Below, one piece after another: positions 39,841 to 53,829 of a stretch of 64,000 nt of DNA. The stretch is from assembly GCA_951406725.2 (NCBI GenBank), contig OX597827.1, positions 79,422,001 through 79,486,000 on the forward strand. Reading direction: 5' to 3'. Below the pieces are notes generated by a model. It was not told where the DNA came from and made no database searches. It saw only the letters and a list, made by a program, of their open reading frames with translations. Each line of letters starts with the position of its first letter. The first letter of the stretch is position 1. The position numbers and the translations under genes were made by a program. This stretch comes from Octopus vulgaris. Taxonomy: Eukaryota.

Positions 39841-42195
39841 TGTGATTCTTCACAAATCCTGCAGACTCTCAGTATCTTGAAAAACAAATGGAAATTCTAT
39901 TATTAGATTAAAACGGTCAACTTGAATGATCACTTCACATTTATTATATCTACCCACAATATTTGTAGTATCAAATCAATATTTGGGAATTTGTGTAGCC
40001 CCTCTTTTTGCAAAAATAATATTGCAAACTATTTTGGAAATTTATATCATGAAGTGGTGAATGAAACTAAAATTTAATAAAATTTATTATTTTTTAATTC
40101 GAAATAATGAAATACTGATGAATTAATGCAAAATTAGCACCAACCGAGTTGTGAGTATGACACTATTGAATGACCAAAATATTAACATAGCTTATGTAAT
40201 TCAGAAATAAAGTATAATTAATGTTGTGTTAACTTACTTGCGGCTTACATTGTTATTTGATTGGAATTTTATCACCAAAAGTTATCTCTTACTCAACTGA
40301 AGGATACCTAAAGCACATAATAAATAAATTACATCTCTTGAAATTCATATTGCTTTAAACTACATATAGATTCCTTTTAAAATAATCTAAGTGAATTTGA
40401 TGAAGTCACCAACCTCAACATAATGATGAGAATTTATGTTCGAATTAATTTGAAGTCAAGACAAAATCCATAGGCAAGACGAAATATGCTTACATTAGAA
40501 TTCAAATTTTATGAGTCTATATAAAATATTGTGTATGAAGTAGATGGAAGAGGGTGTATTATCATTAAGGCTACATCCTATTGTGGTTCTTTACAAAAGC
40601 ATCTGTGAGACACAGTCTCCATTCTTACTGAGTTATCACATTTATACTCTCTTCATATAAGTATTTTGCATATAAGTATATTTTCTTTTTGCTTAAACTT
40701 AAACATGTATTCACCATTCTATCTTCAAATAACAAACACAAAATTCAATTCAGTTATTCATCATCATCATCATCATTTAATGTCCACCTTCCATGCTGGC
40801 ATGGGTGGGACGGTTTGACAGGAGCCAGCCAGGCATAAGCCTGTACCAGACTTCTGTGACTGTTTTGGCAGGACTTTTACAGCTGGATGCCCTTCCTAAC
40901 CCCAACCACCCAGTTGTGTGGACTTAATGTTTTTTATGTGGCACAAGCGAGGTCAAAATTTTTACAGCTGGATGCCCTTCTAAATACCAACCACTTTACA
41001 GTGTGGACTGGATGCTTTCTAAGTGGCACCTGCACTAACAGGGTACTGAGTAGCCTGCAAGACAAAAATCTTTTGAGAGGAGAGCAGTTTTTGGAGGAGG
41101 TGATCTTGTGCCAGATGATGAAAGGTTATAGTGAGACAGAAACAAGTTTCTTGCTGTAGAGGAGGTACATGGTTACCCGGCTGGGGTGGGGGGGAGAAAG
41201 AAAGACAGAGAGAGATCAGGAATGAGGACAGAAACAGGTGTGCTGCTGCAAAGGAAATACATGGTTACCCAAAGGAGATACATGGTTGCCCAACCTGAGG
41301 GAAGTGCAGGAGGAAAAAGAGAGAGAGAATGGGAGACATCAGGATAGAGATAGTGGCAAACTGCAAGGCATACTCACAAGGACAAGGATCAAGATAAAAA
41401 TGAGATAGTCAAGTAAAGGCAGAGAGAGATATAAATGATGGTACGTGCAAAGGCATACCTTTGAGGTTTGAAGGTCATAATATAAGTGGCAGGATATTAC
41501 CTAAGAAACATGATTAGAGAGTACAGACAGAAAGTGAGTGGTGAAAACCTGGGTATAGAGTGGGAGGGAGGAGCTACTGGATAGCAATGATACAGAAAAA
41601 ATAGGGCCATAAGGACAGAATTGGGGAGTGAGAAGTAGGCATAGTGCATGAAGGAGGAAATGTGAGGAAAAGAAGAGATGTAGAGAGTTAGATTGGTTTG
41701 TTGCGGTAGGCTGTGTGAAAAGTTTTCTTCTGTGTAAGAGGAACACACAGATTGGGGGCTATTGGATATCAATAATACAGAGAAACAGGGACATGAGGAC
41801 AGGATTGGGGTGTGGGAGGTAAGCATAATGCATGAAGTGGAAATGCAAGGAAGAGAAGAGATGTAGTTTGGTTTGTTGTGGTAGGGTGCGTAAGAAGTTT
41901 TCTTGTTATGTGTGGGTGGAACAACTAGCGCTTATAGCACTCAGTTTCACTGACATGGGCAGGTCTTCTCAAGAAACTCATATTGTCTAGCAAAAGTATT
42001 TTCTGATGTTCAGATATTGAAAAATCTATACAGCTTGTTATTTAGTAAATTAACTTCGTGCTATGTATCTCTTTAATTGAAATGAATATTTATGAGAATA
42101 CATTATATCAGTTATTTATTTTACGATTAATTTAGAATCAAAATTATCAAACTCTTGTTGAAATTCTGCAATGGCTTTTATTATTTTATCATTTA

Positions 42196-43625
42196 TATGA
42201 GCTCCTCTATGCTGATGACCTGGTCCTCTTAGCAGAATGACTACCGGAACTAGAAAAGAAATTTTGTGTGTGGAAGCTAGGTTTAGAATCAAAAGGCCTT
42301 AGAGTCAATGTAGCAAAGACCAAAGTTCTAGTAAGTAGGAAGGCGAACTCATCACACACCTCCTTAGGTAGGTGGTCCTGCTTGATCTGTAGAAAAGGTG
42401 TAGGTAGAAACTCCATAAGATGTACCCAGCTATGGACACATAAGAGGTGCAGCAACATCAAAGGAAAATTAACCGAGAAGATAGCTTTTGTGTGTGGCAG
42501 ATGCACAGGGGCAATAGACACCACAAATACTCAGAAAACAGATTCCATCACACTCCAGGGGGAGAAACTAGAAGTAGTTGATAGTTTCCACTACCTAGCT
42601 GACCAAGTTAGTAGTGGGGGTGGATGCTCAGAGAGTGTTACCACTAGAATAAGAATAGCCAGGGCAAAGTTTAGAATGCTTCTTCCCCTACTGGCGACAA
42701 AGGGTCTCTCGCTCAGAGTGAAAGGTAGATTATATGACGTATGTGTGTGAACTGCCATGCTACATGGCAGTGAAACATGGGCTGTGACTGCGGAGGACAT
42801 GCATAGGCTTGAAAGAAATGAAGGTAGCATGATTCGCTGGATGTGTAATGTCAGTGTGCATGCACGACAGAGTGTAAGTGCCCCGAGAGAAATGTTGGAC
42901 ATAAGAAGCATCGGATGTGGCATGCAGGAGAGACGTTTGCGTTGGTATGGTTATGTACTATGGATGGATGAGGAGAGATGTGTGAAGAAGTGCCATTTCC
43001 AAACTGTTGAAGGAATCTTGGGTAGAGGTAGACCCAGGAAGACATGGGATGAGGTGGTCAAGCATGACCTTCGAATGTTGGCCTCACAGAGGCTATGACG
43101 AAAGACCGAGACCTCTGGAGATATGCTGTGACTGAGAAGACCTGACAAATTAAGTGAGTTCATGGCTTGTAGGATGGCCTGCTGTGCTAACCTTGGATCG
43201 TAGGGTGACCTGCTGTGCTTGAGGAATCCTATTGAGTCAAGTACATCAACATCAAAATAAAAATCAAATGGAAATTGTGGTTGTGATACCTGTGCTGGTG
43301 GCACATAAAAAGCACCATCTGAACATGGCCGATGCCAGCATTGCCTTGACTGGCATCCATGCTAGTGACACGTAAAAGGCACCAACCGATTGTGGCCATT
43401 TGCCAGCCTCCTCTGGCCCCTGTGTCAGTGGCACATAGAAAACACCCACTAAACTCACAGAGTGGTTGGCGTTAGGAGGGGCATCCAGCTGTAGAAACAC
43501 TGCCAGATTAGACTGGAGCCTGATGCAGCCTCCCGGCTTCCCAGACTCCGGTCGAACCGTCCAACCCATGCTAGCATGGAAAACGGACGTTAAACAATGA
43601 TGATGATGATGATGATGATGATGAA
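42196..43625 (+). mobile_element. 5'-truncated RTE LINE in the first intron of gene B
   Basis: Starts at ELLYADD; GLRVNVAKTK, C2C2-like CLIC..CGRC, LHGSETW, RRLRWYG, GRGRPRKTW; 3'UTR repeats and (GAT)n tail. Confidence 0.9.
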
Positions 43626-44625
43626 GAAGAAGAAGAAAAAATGTTAAAAACAAAAAATATATCCTAACATTCTACAAGACAGTTTGGAATAACAAACTAG
43701 CTTAATTTTTAATATCCAAGTTGCTTTATCATCATCCACTTTATCATCAGCAGAGACATTGTTTTTATGAGTGATTTGTAATTATCACTTAATATTTCAG
43801 GAAGATCTGTACTCAGTTTGCATCTGGCTCCTATATTTTGCTCTGTCAAAAGGGATTCATTTGATGAGACAGAAGTTAGTTGTTTTTAGAGTAGATAGAG
43901 CAGACCTATGATCAAAGATCTGATTTCATACCCATCCTATTGATGAACCTATTCTGATTTCATAACCATCTTTCTACCCAACAGATTAGACCTATGATCA
44001 AAGGTATTCTGATCTCATAATCGTCTCATGTTTTTACAGGCATTATATACTCTGCACTACTGTGTCCTTTCAATTTTCAAGTCAATAAAGTAGAACTTAA
44101 GGGAGATTTGGATATCATTTCTAGCAGGTATTGAGTTTTTGCTGGTTTGTAAGAAGTCTTATAATGAATCTATTTAATGCTTAATTAATAATATATTTTA
44201 AAAATAAAAGAATTATTCATTTATTCCATATTCACAAACTAACACAAATATTAATATTATATAACTTGGAATCATTATTTCCAAATACATATTAAAAAAT
44301 CTGTGAGCTTGGGTAAAAATCATGTCATAGCAATATATATAACACGTTTATTAATTTAGAACCTTCTGTTTCGATGTCATTTTTTTTGGTAATTGTAGCT
44401 GAGAAGGAAGTATTCCTTCCTTTTAGTGGTGGTTATTATTGGTAATTATGGAAATAATGGTTAAATCTTTCTAATCTTTGATACTCTAGTCACAATATGC
44501 ATGTATCATTTAGTATTTTTTTTGTGTGTATATATATATATATATCATGGTAGCTAATTTAGCTGTTAATAATTTAGATTATTTCATATTAATAAAAATT
44601 AGCAATTTAATATAAAAAGACATAC

Positions 44626-44775
44626 CTACATTGGTTAATCCTTTTCCCATTTTAGATTCTGAGAGAGAGATACATTTTGGCGTAGCCTGCTTTTGCTGCT
44701 ATAGTAGTAGTATTTAAATAGCTGCTTGTTGATGTAGTAGTTTGACAATAGCTGTGTGCTGGTGTGAATCAGGGA
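44626..44775 (-). promoter_or_regulatory. Putative leader exon / promoter of gene B
   Basis: Donor CCAATGTAG|GTATGT; TGTGAATCAG at 44763-44772; donor-proximal cattggttaatcc matches the paralogous cattgtttaatc. Confidence 0.6.
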
Positions 44776-45256
44776 GTGGGAGGTAGAATCAGGACCATGA
44801 ATGCTTAACTAATGATGTGTTTATGTGTGTGCGTGTATATGCACAATATATTATTATGTATAATTGATAAACATTAATGTAAAAATGAGGATAACATCAA
44901 CTGACTTTAACTGTATAATTTGCGTAGATTCACATAATGCATTTCCAATTTTACAAAAATTCTATCTTTTATTTTATGTTTTGAGTTTATATTATTTATC
45001 TATTGTACTTAAAAAAAATTTAGACAGTATTTAATTTTAATTGAAATATCAAAAGTTTTAAAGTAAAAATAAATAAATAAATAAAATATGCTTAATTGAA
45101 TCTCAAAAGAATTTTTTCCTAAAATGATCAAGTTTAAATTTTATGACCTTTGAATATTATCTTAAGCAATACTCATTATTGCTTGAAACAAATAATTTAT
45201 TTCGAAGTTCTTTCTATTATTAATGAGAACCAAACAAGCAAGATATAATGACTACA

Positions 45257-45336
45257 CTACATAGACTCAGAATAGATTTCTTGTTCTTGTTCATTCTTTG
45301 GTGTCAGAGGTATGTTAGGCTGGTAGTTGCTATATT
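45257..45336 (-). pseudogene. E3 exon of a headless protocadherin unit (frame intact)
   Basis: ttattttccag|AA TAT...ATG TAG; 80 nt; (E)YSNYQPNIPLTPKNEQEQEIYSESM*. No large exon belongs to this unit; functional status uncertain. Confidence 0.75.
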
Positions 45337-45469
45337 CTGGAAAATAAGGGGAAGCTACTTAATGATGTTTTAATTTGTTTCCATGACAAATATTTGAATA
45401 TATCTAGGTTATGTTTCTTCATGGAAATTTTTATTTGCTGTTTGAATTTTTTGTTTATTTCATTATTAC

Positions 45470-45626
45470 CTGATGCTCCCATTGCTTGATTTGTAATGTC
45501 TCCTTTATTCCAGACATAGTTCCATTCTTTGTTCCAGGGTAATGTCTCACTAAGGTTGTTTGATGTTTCAATACTACCATAACATTTTTGATCAGTAGGA
45601 CTCATTGCCATGTTCTTATCTTAATG
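45470..45626 (-). pseudogene. E2 exon of a headless protocadherin unit (stop at codon 2, in-frame ATG at 45611)
   Basis: tttttacag|CAT TAA GAT AAG AAC ATG GCA ATG...GGA GCA TCA G|GTAATA; 157 nt; H*DKNMAMSPTDQKCYGSIETSNNLSETLPWNKEWNYVWNKGDITNQAMGAS. Confidence 0.75.
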
Positions 45627-47289
45627 CTGTAAAAAATATACAGATGAGGTGAAAAAAAAATTACTTGAAATGTTTCTATTTGGAGAATGGTTCATTATGC
45701 AATCATAACTCAATATTCAATACAACAGTATTACTCTTGGGCAGGTGGTCAATGGAAAATGTGAAGAAACCCATTGGATTGATTATATTTATGATACAAA
45801 GTTCCAGCTTGTGTTACACACTGTCACATTGTTTTTTGCCTGAGGGCTATGCCAAGGGCACACATATCTGTAGAATATTCGATCCCTTTTATGCTAATTC
45901 AATTTTTTGGTAGTTCAGTTGATAGAACAAATGAATACACATTGCCAAAGATGATAGAGATCATATTGACATATGGTTCATATTAAATACTTGATATATG
46001 AAAAACAGTAATTATGCTAGTCAGCCAAGAATGAATATTGTAGAAATGATTAGTTTTCATTTGACATTAGTGGATTTTTATATTTTACTACATCTATTTT
46101 TGTCATATTATTTTTATAGATATTGTTGAAATAAATATTGCAATCACCCAACATAATTATTTCTAAATTAGACTCAAGCCTACAAATTTTGTGGAATAGT
46201 ACAATCAAGTAAATCAAGTTTGTTTGAGATAGTTATTTTATTGACAATGGAAGGATGAAAAACAAAGTAAACCTCTATACAATTTGAACTCGTAGCCCAA
46301 TGATTTAAGTGTTTAGCTTGGCAGTCTACTGTAGGTGACATTACACTCCCCACCAATAATGAGGGTACTGGTATAGTTGACTGATATAAAATATAGGAAA
46401 TATTTGATTATATCAATTTTGTTGACACTACATCCAATCTGTTCAATGAGTTTAAAGAATATGAGTAGTTATTTAAAGAAAAGTACTTTTTAGAATAATT
46501 ACAATACTGTTACTAGAACATTTAGAGGAAAATAAATTATTAAATAAAATTTGATGAAAAATTTTATAAGTTGCATTAGTGAAACAGTTTACTGAAAGTA
46601 GCCAATTTCAAAACAATAGTTACATTTACATAACCATGTTACACTATTTTGTATTTATTATATTTTACTAGAATTAAAATAAAGCAATATGCAGTGTCAA
46701 CTTAACTTTGAAGTTTTAATGCCTGATATCTATATTAGAGATATTTACTTGTTGTTAATTAACTTAAATATGGATAGATTTTGGCCTGTTTTGTCATAGG
46801 CCATGAGTGTAACTTAACAGCATAACTATCATTTTCCACTATCTCAATACTTTAAATAATAACCATGAACTTATTGTATTTAGTGCTCAGGAACACTACA
46901 ACTTGTTGGAAAAGGGTAAAGAATGAATCAGAAAATAGCAATAAGCCAAGTGAAAAAAGACAATAATGATAAAGGAACATGCATAGTATTCAGGGTAAAT
47001 CACAAAAAGACAGGAAAGTGCACAGTAAAAGAGCCATAAAAAAGAAGGGTGAACAGGCACATCAGGAATAATGTTAGTGATTATTGAATGACACTACATT
47101 GAATGACACCAGATTGGATGTAGTTAGGATTTTTGAATGACAATGTCTTAACTGCTAACTACTGATGCAATAGTTTGTTCCTTATTTTGACAATTCAGGA
47201 TGCGAAAATTCTTCTTCGGAAAGTCACAGGTGCGGTGCTGTTTTTTGATTTTATAAGTATATCCTTGGTTTGTAGAACAACCACTGTAC

Positions 47290-48887
47290 AAGCACTGTAC
47301 AGGGATACTGTTAGTAATGTGAGGGTTGGCAATGGGTATAGTGAAGAATTCTGGGTAGAAGTAGGGGTTCACCAAGGATTAGCCCTCAGACCCCTCTTAT
47401 TCATCATAGTCCTCCAGGCAATAACAGAGGAATTCAAGACAGGCTGCCCCTGGGAGCTCCTCTATGCTGATAACTTTGTTCTAATAGCTGAATCACTACC
47501 AGAACTAGAGATGAAGTTTCAAGTGTGGAAGCAAGGTCTACAATTTAAGGGCCTCAGAGTCAATCTAGCAAAAACCAAAGTCATAGTAAGTTGGAAGATG
47601 GACAAATCACAAACCCCCTTCAGGTAGATGGCCCCACTTGATCTGTAGAAAAGGCATAAGTAGAAACTCCATGGAAGATAGTTTTTGCATGTGGGGCAAT
47701 AAATGCTGAAGATGTACAGGAAACAGATTGCATCACATGCTAGGGGGAGAAACTAGAAGTAGTTAATAGCTTCTACTACCTAGGCAACCAAGTCTGTAGT
47801 GAGGGTGGACACTCTGAGAGTGTTGCTACTAGAATAAGAATAGCCTGGGCAAAGTTCAGAAAGCTCCTACTTCTGCTTGTAACAAAGGGCTTCTCACTCA
47901 GGATAAAAGCTAGACTGTATGATGCATGTGCGCGAACAGCCACACTACATGGCAGTGAAACATGGGCCATGACTGTTGAGGACATATGTAGGCTTTAAAG
48001 AAATGAAGCTAGTATGATCCACTGGATGTGTAATGTCAGTGTGCATGCATGACAGAGTGTAAGTGCCCTGAGAGAAATGTTGGACATAAGAAGCATCAGA
48101 TGTGGTATGCAAAAGAGATGACTGCTCTGGTATGGTCATGTGCTAGATATGAATGAGGAGAGCTGTGTGAAGAAGTATCACTCCCTAACAGTGGAAAGAA
48201 CCTGTGGAAGAGGGAGACTCAGGAAGATATGGGATGAGGTGGTGAAGCATGACCTTCGAATGTTGACCTGCACAGAGGCAATGAGAGACCTTTTGAGATA
48301 TGCTGTGATTGAGAAGACCTAGCAAGTAAAGTGAGATCACAGCCGTGGCTTATATCAGTGTCGCATAATCAGCCCATTTAAAAGTACACTTGAATTGTTG
48401 GGCAATACACTACACTTGAGAAGACCTGTTGAATTAAGTAAAAGTGAAATCAAAATGGAAATCATAGTTGTGGCCGATGTCAGTGCTGCCTGACTGGCAC
48501 CATGCTGGTGGCATGTGATAAGTACCATTCAAGTGTGAGTCGATACCAATGCCACCTGACTAGGTGCCTGTGCCGGTAGAATGAAAATAGCACCACCCAA
48601 ATGTGGTCATTGCCAGTGCCTCCCAACTGGCTCATGGGCCAGTGGAATGTAAAAAGCACCATCTGAATGTGGTTGATGCCAGTGCTGCCTGACTGGCACC
48701 TGTGCTGGTGGCATGTAAAAAGCACCCACTCCATTCTCGGAGTAGCTAGCATTAGGGAAGGCATCCAGCTGTAGAAACTTTGCCGTATCAGATTGGAGCC
48801 TGATGCATCTTACTAGCTTGCCAGTCCTCACTCAAACCATCCAACCCATGCCAACATGGAAAACGAACGTTAAATGATGATGATGAT
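47290..48887 (+). mobile_element. 5'-truncated decayed RTE LINE
   Basis: VEVGVHQG..PLLFIIVL, GCPWELLYADN, GLRVNLAKTK, GRGRLRKIWDEVV; tandem 3'UTR repeats and (GAT)n tail. Confidence 0.9.
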
Positions 48888-49069
48888 AATATATATATAT
48901 TTGTATGAATAAGTATATTTGTTTGTGTTCATGTATGTGTGTGTGTGTGTGTGTGTGTGTATGAGAAATGTCTCAGTTATTATCCTGTTTAGAAGCTATG
49001 AAAAGAATTTTGCTCTCCAAAGATTATTTTAGATGAGAAAAGTCAGTATATATATAGAAATAAACTTAC

Positions 49070-49207
49070 CTTCATTGTTTAATCTTTTGTTGTTGTTCTA
49101 AATGAAGAAAAACATGTATCTCATAGGTGTCTTCTTCTGTATCTGCTGCTGCTGTTCACAAATTGCAGTCATATTTCAAAAAATAGTTCCATTGAAATGT
49201 GAATTCA
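49070..49207 (-). promoter_or_regulatory. Leader exon / promoter module of the headless unit
   Basis: Donor CAATGAAG|GTAAGT; ttaccttcattgtttaatc is identical to 59609-59627; shares acatgtatctc; degenerate motif TGTGAATTCA at 49198-49207. Confidence 0.62.
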
Positions 49208-50348
49208 TAAATGTATTTAAAAGGTTTTTTAAAATGTATTTAATATGTGAATGTATGTGTGGTAATGTGTATTTGGGATTGCTTTTAATATTTCGTTTGT
49301 AATAAGGCTAAATACATTTGATGCGTTAACATTTCTACCAACAAAACCTATACAATAATAAATAAATGCAATGATATTTAGATAAAATACTATATTTGAA
49401 AGATAATTTTAATGTTAAGAAGAAGAATGGTGTAGATTCATTTTCCTCTACTTTACCAATATCTTTGCAAAAGGCATATCTACTCATCTACGTTTATATA
49501 AAGAGTGCCTTCTATAATTCTCATGTAAAAAATTATTATGTCCATAGTTTCAAAATTATTGAGCTTGATTCTATGATTTTTTGACATTTTATTTTAGTGC
49601 CATGTTTAGGCATTATCTTCTTAGTGTGAAATCTCAGTTTTAATTACAGGGGTGGTGTAGAGTTTGAAAATGTGGAAATTCAGCTGTCAGAGGGAAGAAT
49701 ATATGTGTGTGTGTATGTGTGTACAGAAAGTCATGTTTTGCTCCTGACAGGAAAAATGCCATCAAAAGAAAATATATATTCTTTTCTACTCTAGGCACAA
49801 GGCCCAAAAATTTTGGGAGGGGCCACTCGATTTGATCGATCCAGTATGCAACTGGTACTTAAGTTATCAACCCTGGAAGGATGAAAGGTAAAGTCAACCT
49901 CGGTGGAATTTGAACTCAGAACCTAAAGACTGCATACTATTTCAGTAGTTGAAGCTCTAGAAGAGTTAAGTACCTTGTCTTAGGATACTTGTATTCCAGT
50001 TTCAAGAAAAGAGTTGCTGCAGATTTGGACTCTTAACTATATACAGCCATTTATTTTTATTTATCAAAATATAGCTTTGCTGAAATCTATTAGTATTATC
50101 AATGTATAATATAAATTCTAATACTGGAAATATCTACATAATTAAAAAGTAGTGAAAACCTCACCAAAATTAGCATCAGCCCTATGACCTTCATTAGAAA
50201 ATTATAACTTAAGTATTTGTTAAAGAGTTTTCAATAAAAGATAAATTGAAAACAGTGCTATATGGAATGTTATTAATACACTATTGAATTATTTAAGGGG
50301 TTGATTCTTTGGTTACTAAAAAGTAAATCTGACGTTACTGTGTTTGCA

Positions 50349-50428
50349 TTATACTGGCTCCAGATACGTTTCTTGCTCTTGTACAGTCTTTGGGGTAGGG
50401 AGTATGTTTGGTCGGTAGTTGCCGTATT
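50349..50428 (-). CDS. Protocadherin gene C terminal exon E3
   Basis: ttttttcag|AA TAC...GTA TAA; (E)YGNYRPNILPTPKTVQEQETYLEPV*. Confidence 0.88.
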
Positions 50429-50770
50429 CTGAAAAAATATATGAAAATCACTAATGATTAGGGTTGAGAAAGATACATGTATGTATGTACAAACATTTTA
50501 GAGAAGCTACTAATTGTGTATGATTTTTTGTTCCTTTGCAAATAATAATTTTATGTAGTTCTCTTATCATTTTCATCCTCTTTCAATGCTGGCATAAATT
50601 GGATGTGTCACTATGATCTATGTTAGTTCTTATTCAGGTTACTGCCCACCTACATAGATCAGAACATTATATTTCACTCTCCATTATAAAAAAAACAATT
50701 TTCTTTTGATATTTATTTTTCCATGTCATTTACATTCTTGTTGCAATTTTATGATTTATTTTGTATTTAC

Positions 50771-50930
50771 CTGATGCTCCAGATGTTTGATGTGTAATAT
50801 CTCCATCACTCCAACCACATTTCCGTTCTTTATGAGAAGATAATGTATCATTCAGATTGTTTGATGTCATAATACCACTGCTATAACATTTTTGTTCAGT
50901 TGAAGTCATTGTTTCATCCTCATTGCAATG
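50771..50930 (-). CDS. Protocadherin gene C cytoplasmic exon E2
   Basis: tttttcatggtag|CAT...TCA G|GTAAAT; 160 nt; HCNEDETMTSTEQKCYSSGIMTSNNLNDTLSSHKERKCGWSDGDITHQTSGAS. Confidence 0.88.
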
Positions 50931-51118
50931 CTACCATGAAAAATAGAAAATGATATAAATTGAAAATATTACATTCATTATTTATAACATACAATTTATA
51001 TTAATCTTTGATATTCAGCTCAATTCAGATAATCAGGGTGAGAATATTTTTAATTATCAAAATAATTTGTTTGCTTTTATGGTTAGATATTCTTTATAAC
51101 CCTTTTATATATGGATGT

Positions 51119-51356
51119 TTAACCCTTTTGTTACCAGCCCGGCCAAAACCGGCTCTGGCTCTGTAGTACGAATGTCTTGTTTTCATAAGTTTTTCATTAA
51201 AATATACCACCAAACCTGAGTTGCAATTTATGTTCCTAACACTAGCTTAATGATAATTAAATTATTTTACTAAATTCTTTGTTATATTTAAAATATTTAA
51301 AAATTGAAAGAAACACAGAGCATCTCAAAATAAATACAGTAACGAAAGATGTTTAA
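51119..51356. mobile_element. Probable TTAA-type MITE
   Basis: ttaa-cccttttgttac ... gtaacgaaag: partial inverted ends. Confidence 0.5.
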
Positions 51357-51888
51357 TGTTCAATGAGATGTTTCTTATTTAATATATCAGAATTTTTTTT
51401 CTTGCTAGCATGTACTGATTCATTCAGCCATTTTATATTTGCATGAATTATTAGAGTAATTATTTTGTAGTTCAATATTGTACAGAATACTACTTCAACA
51501 ATGGATATAAACTCTATTAAGATTAATGAACTCTTGTCTGTGTGCAAGTGACAGATCCAGGGGGAAAATACTGCCAGTATTAGTAGTTCAATGTCTTCAC
51601 AAATAATCTATATCTATAATACAATAATATACATGCATACATATATAAGGGGGTGCTGAAAAGTTTCTGTTTTTAAGGGCATCACAAGAGGCTTGGTTGA
51701 AGGCCCAGCCTCTCAGTTCTTTTACAGGACTTAGAAAAACTGAAGGATTACACTCTTGGAGTAGTTAGTGTTAGGAAGGGCATCCAGCTATAGAAAACAT
51801 GCCAAATCAAATAACCTGGTGAAGCTCTCCTGCTTACCAGTTTCAGTCAAACCATCGAACTGATGCCAGTATGGAAAGTAGATGCTAA

Positions 51889-51926
<38 letters not shown>

Positions 51927-53025
51927 ATGTAAGTATGTATGTATGTATCTTAGTCATGGAATTGGAATGTCCATGATATTTTAGAGGTTTCTAAAATTGG
52001 TGAGAAGGAGGAAGATATTTTTAAAAGGTAGACCTGGCTTCAGTGCTCATCACGCTGTAGACTTCACTGAGCACACAAGTATTCAGCAATGGTGTTAAAC
52101 CAGGCAGCAGTTTTAGTCTACCACTCAGGTAGACCATAGCAAAATTTGGACTTAGAATGCAAGACACTGGAATAAATACCACAGGTCATTTTGTTCAGTA
52201 TTCTAATGGCTCTGTCAATGCGTCACCAGTAACTTTTCATCTTGGTGGTTGATTCTTTTCAACAATAATGATGAATCATTTGGATGCATTAAGGGTTTGT
52301 TTTCATAAAACATTTTGTAACTAATGTATTGTAATCTGTTATATTATTAGATGTACTTTATTAATAATCATGAATGTAGGTTCTTTACTATATAGCTCTC
52401 AGAATACTTAAATATTTCATCACTGGATTCAGGCTTTGAAACATTAAAACTATTTCAGGCTTTAGCTTTATAATTATTAGTTAAAAGCAAGGAATGAAAA
52501 ATATCCCAATATATTTCTTTTAAAATTAATTTGTTACTTTGATTTCAAATTTTGGCAAAAGGCCAGTAATTTCGGAGGAAAGGTAAGTTGATTACATCAA
52601 CCCCAGACTTTAACTGGTAATTATTTTATCGACCCCAAAATGATGAAAGGCAAAATTGACCTCAGTAGAATCTGAACTCAGAACATAAAGACAGACATAA
52701 TGCTGCTAAGCATTTTGCCTGGTATGTTAATGATTCTGCCTGCTCATCGCCTTATTACTTCATATTATATTAATAATCATTTCATTATTTCTCTACCAAT
52801 CTGCATGTGCACTGGAAGCCTTCCTTAAAAATTTAAGTGTTTAATCAATGTATTATTGGCACAAATTTTCTAGACCTTAATTGAATCCTTAAATTAAAAC
52901 TAATATAAGACTTTTAAAGTAATAGAGCCAAAATCAAGCTAAGATACTATTCTGTTTAATGGTAATGAATCAAAGATTCATTCTGAAATGTTTCCAATGA
53001 TGCACATTACATACTGAAGTATAAT

Positions 53026-53322
53026 CTCTGGAAGCACTCCGTCGGTTACGACGACGAGGGTTCCGGTTGATCTGAATCAACAGAACAGCCTGCTCGTGAA
53101 ATTAACGTGTAAGTGGCTGAGCACTCCACAGACACGTGTACCCTTAACATAGTTCTCAGGGATATTCAGCGTGACACAGAGAGTGACAAGGCCGGCCCTT
53201 TGAAATACAGGTACAACAGAAACAGGAAGTAAGAGTGAGAGAAAGTTGTGGTGAAAGAGTACAGCAGGGATCACCACCATCCCCTGCCGGAGCCTCGTGG
53301 AGCTTTTAGGTGTTTTCGCTCA
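53026..53322 (-). mobile_element. 5'-truncated SINE with 13-bp target-site duplication
   Basis: GC/CpG-rich insert flanked by exact actgaagtataat at 53013-53025 and 53323-53335. Its right end resembles the reverse complement of 8880-8960. Confidence 0.75.
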
Positions 53323-53829
53323 ACTGAAGTATAATAACACTATCATAGCTGTAAGAGTTCTGTCATTTTAAAATTATAAATACATACAGACATTGGAGCT
53401 AAAAGTATGAATTCTAATTACTGTTTTGTCTTTATAAGAGAGACTGAATTTTGCATATTATTATTATTTCGTTGGCATACTACCATGTACTTCAAAGTCA
53501 ACATTGGGATTACATATTTACTTTCTTAATGACAAGCAACACTATCGATTACCTCACTTTAAATTATTACATTCTCTGATAAGTAATTCATAATCCACAT
53601 CGTAACCTGGACACAGGATTGCTTGACTAGCTAGAAATAGCTAGAAACATCCTTCAATTCACATTACATTCTTTTAGAAACTGAACAATTTGGTCCTGAG
53701 AAAAAGATCTGACCACAGATTTTTATGTTCCCATCAGGGTTGACAAATGCTTAAACAACATCAAAAACACACTACTCCTCTTTGTAAATATAACTTCATA
53801 AAAAGTATTTTTTAAACAGTAATACATAC

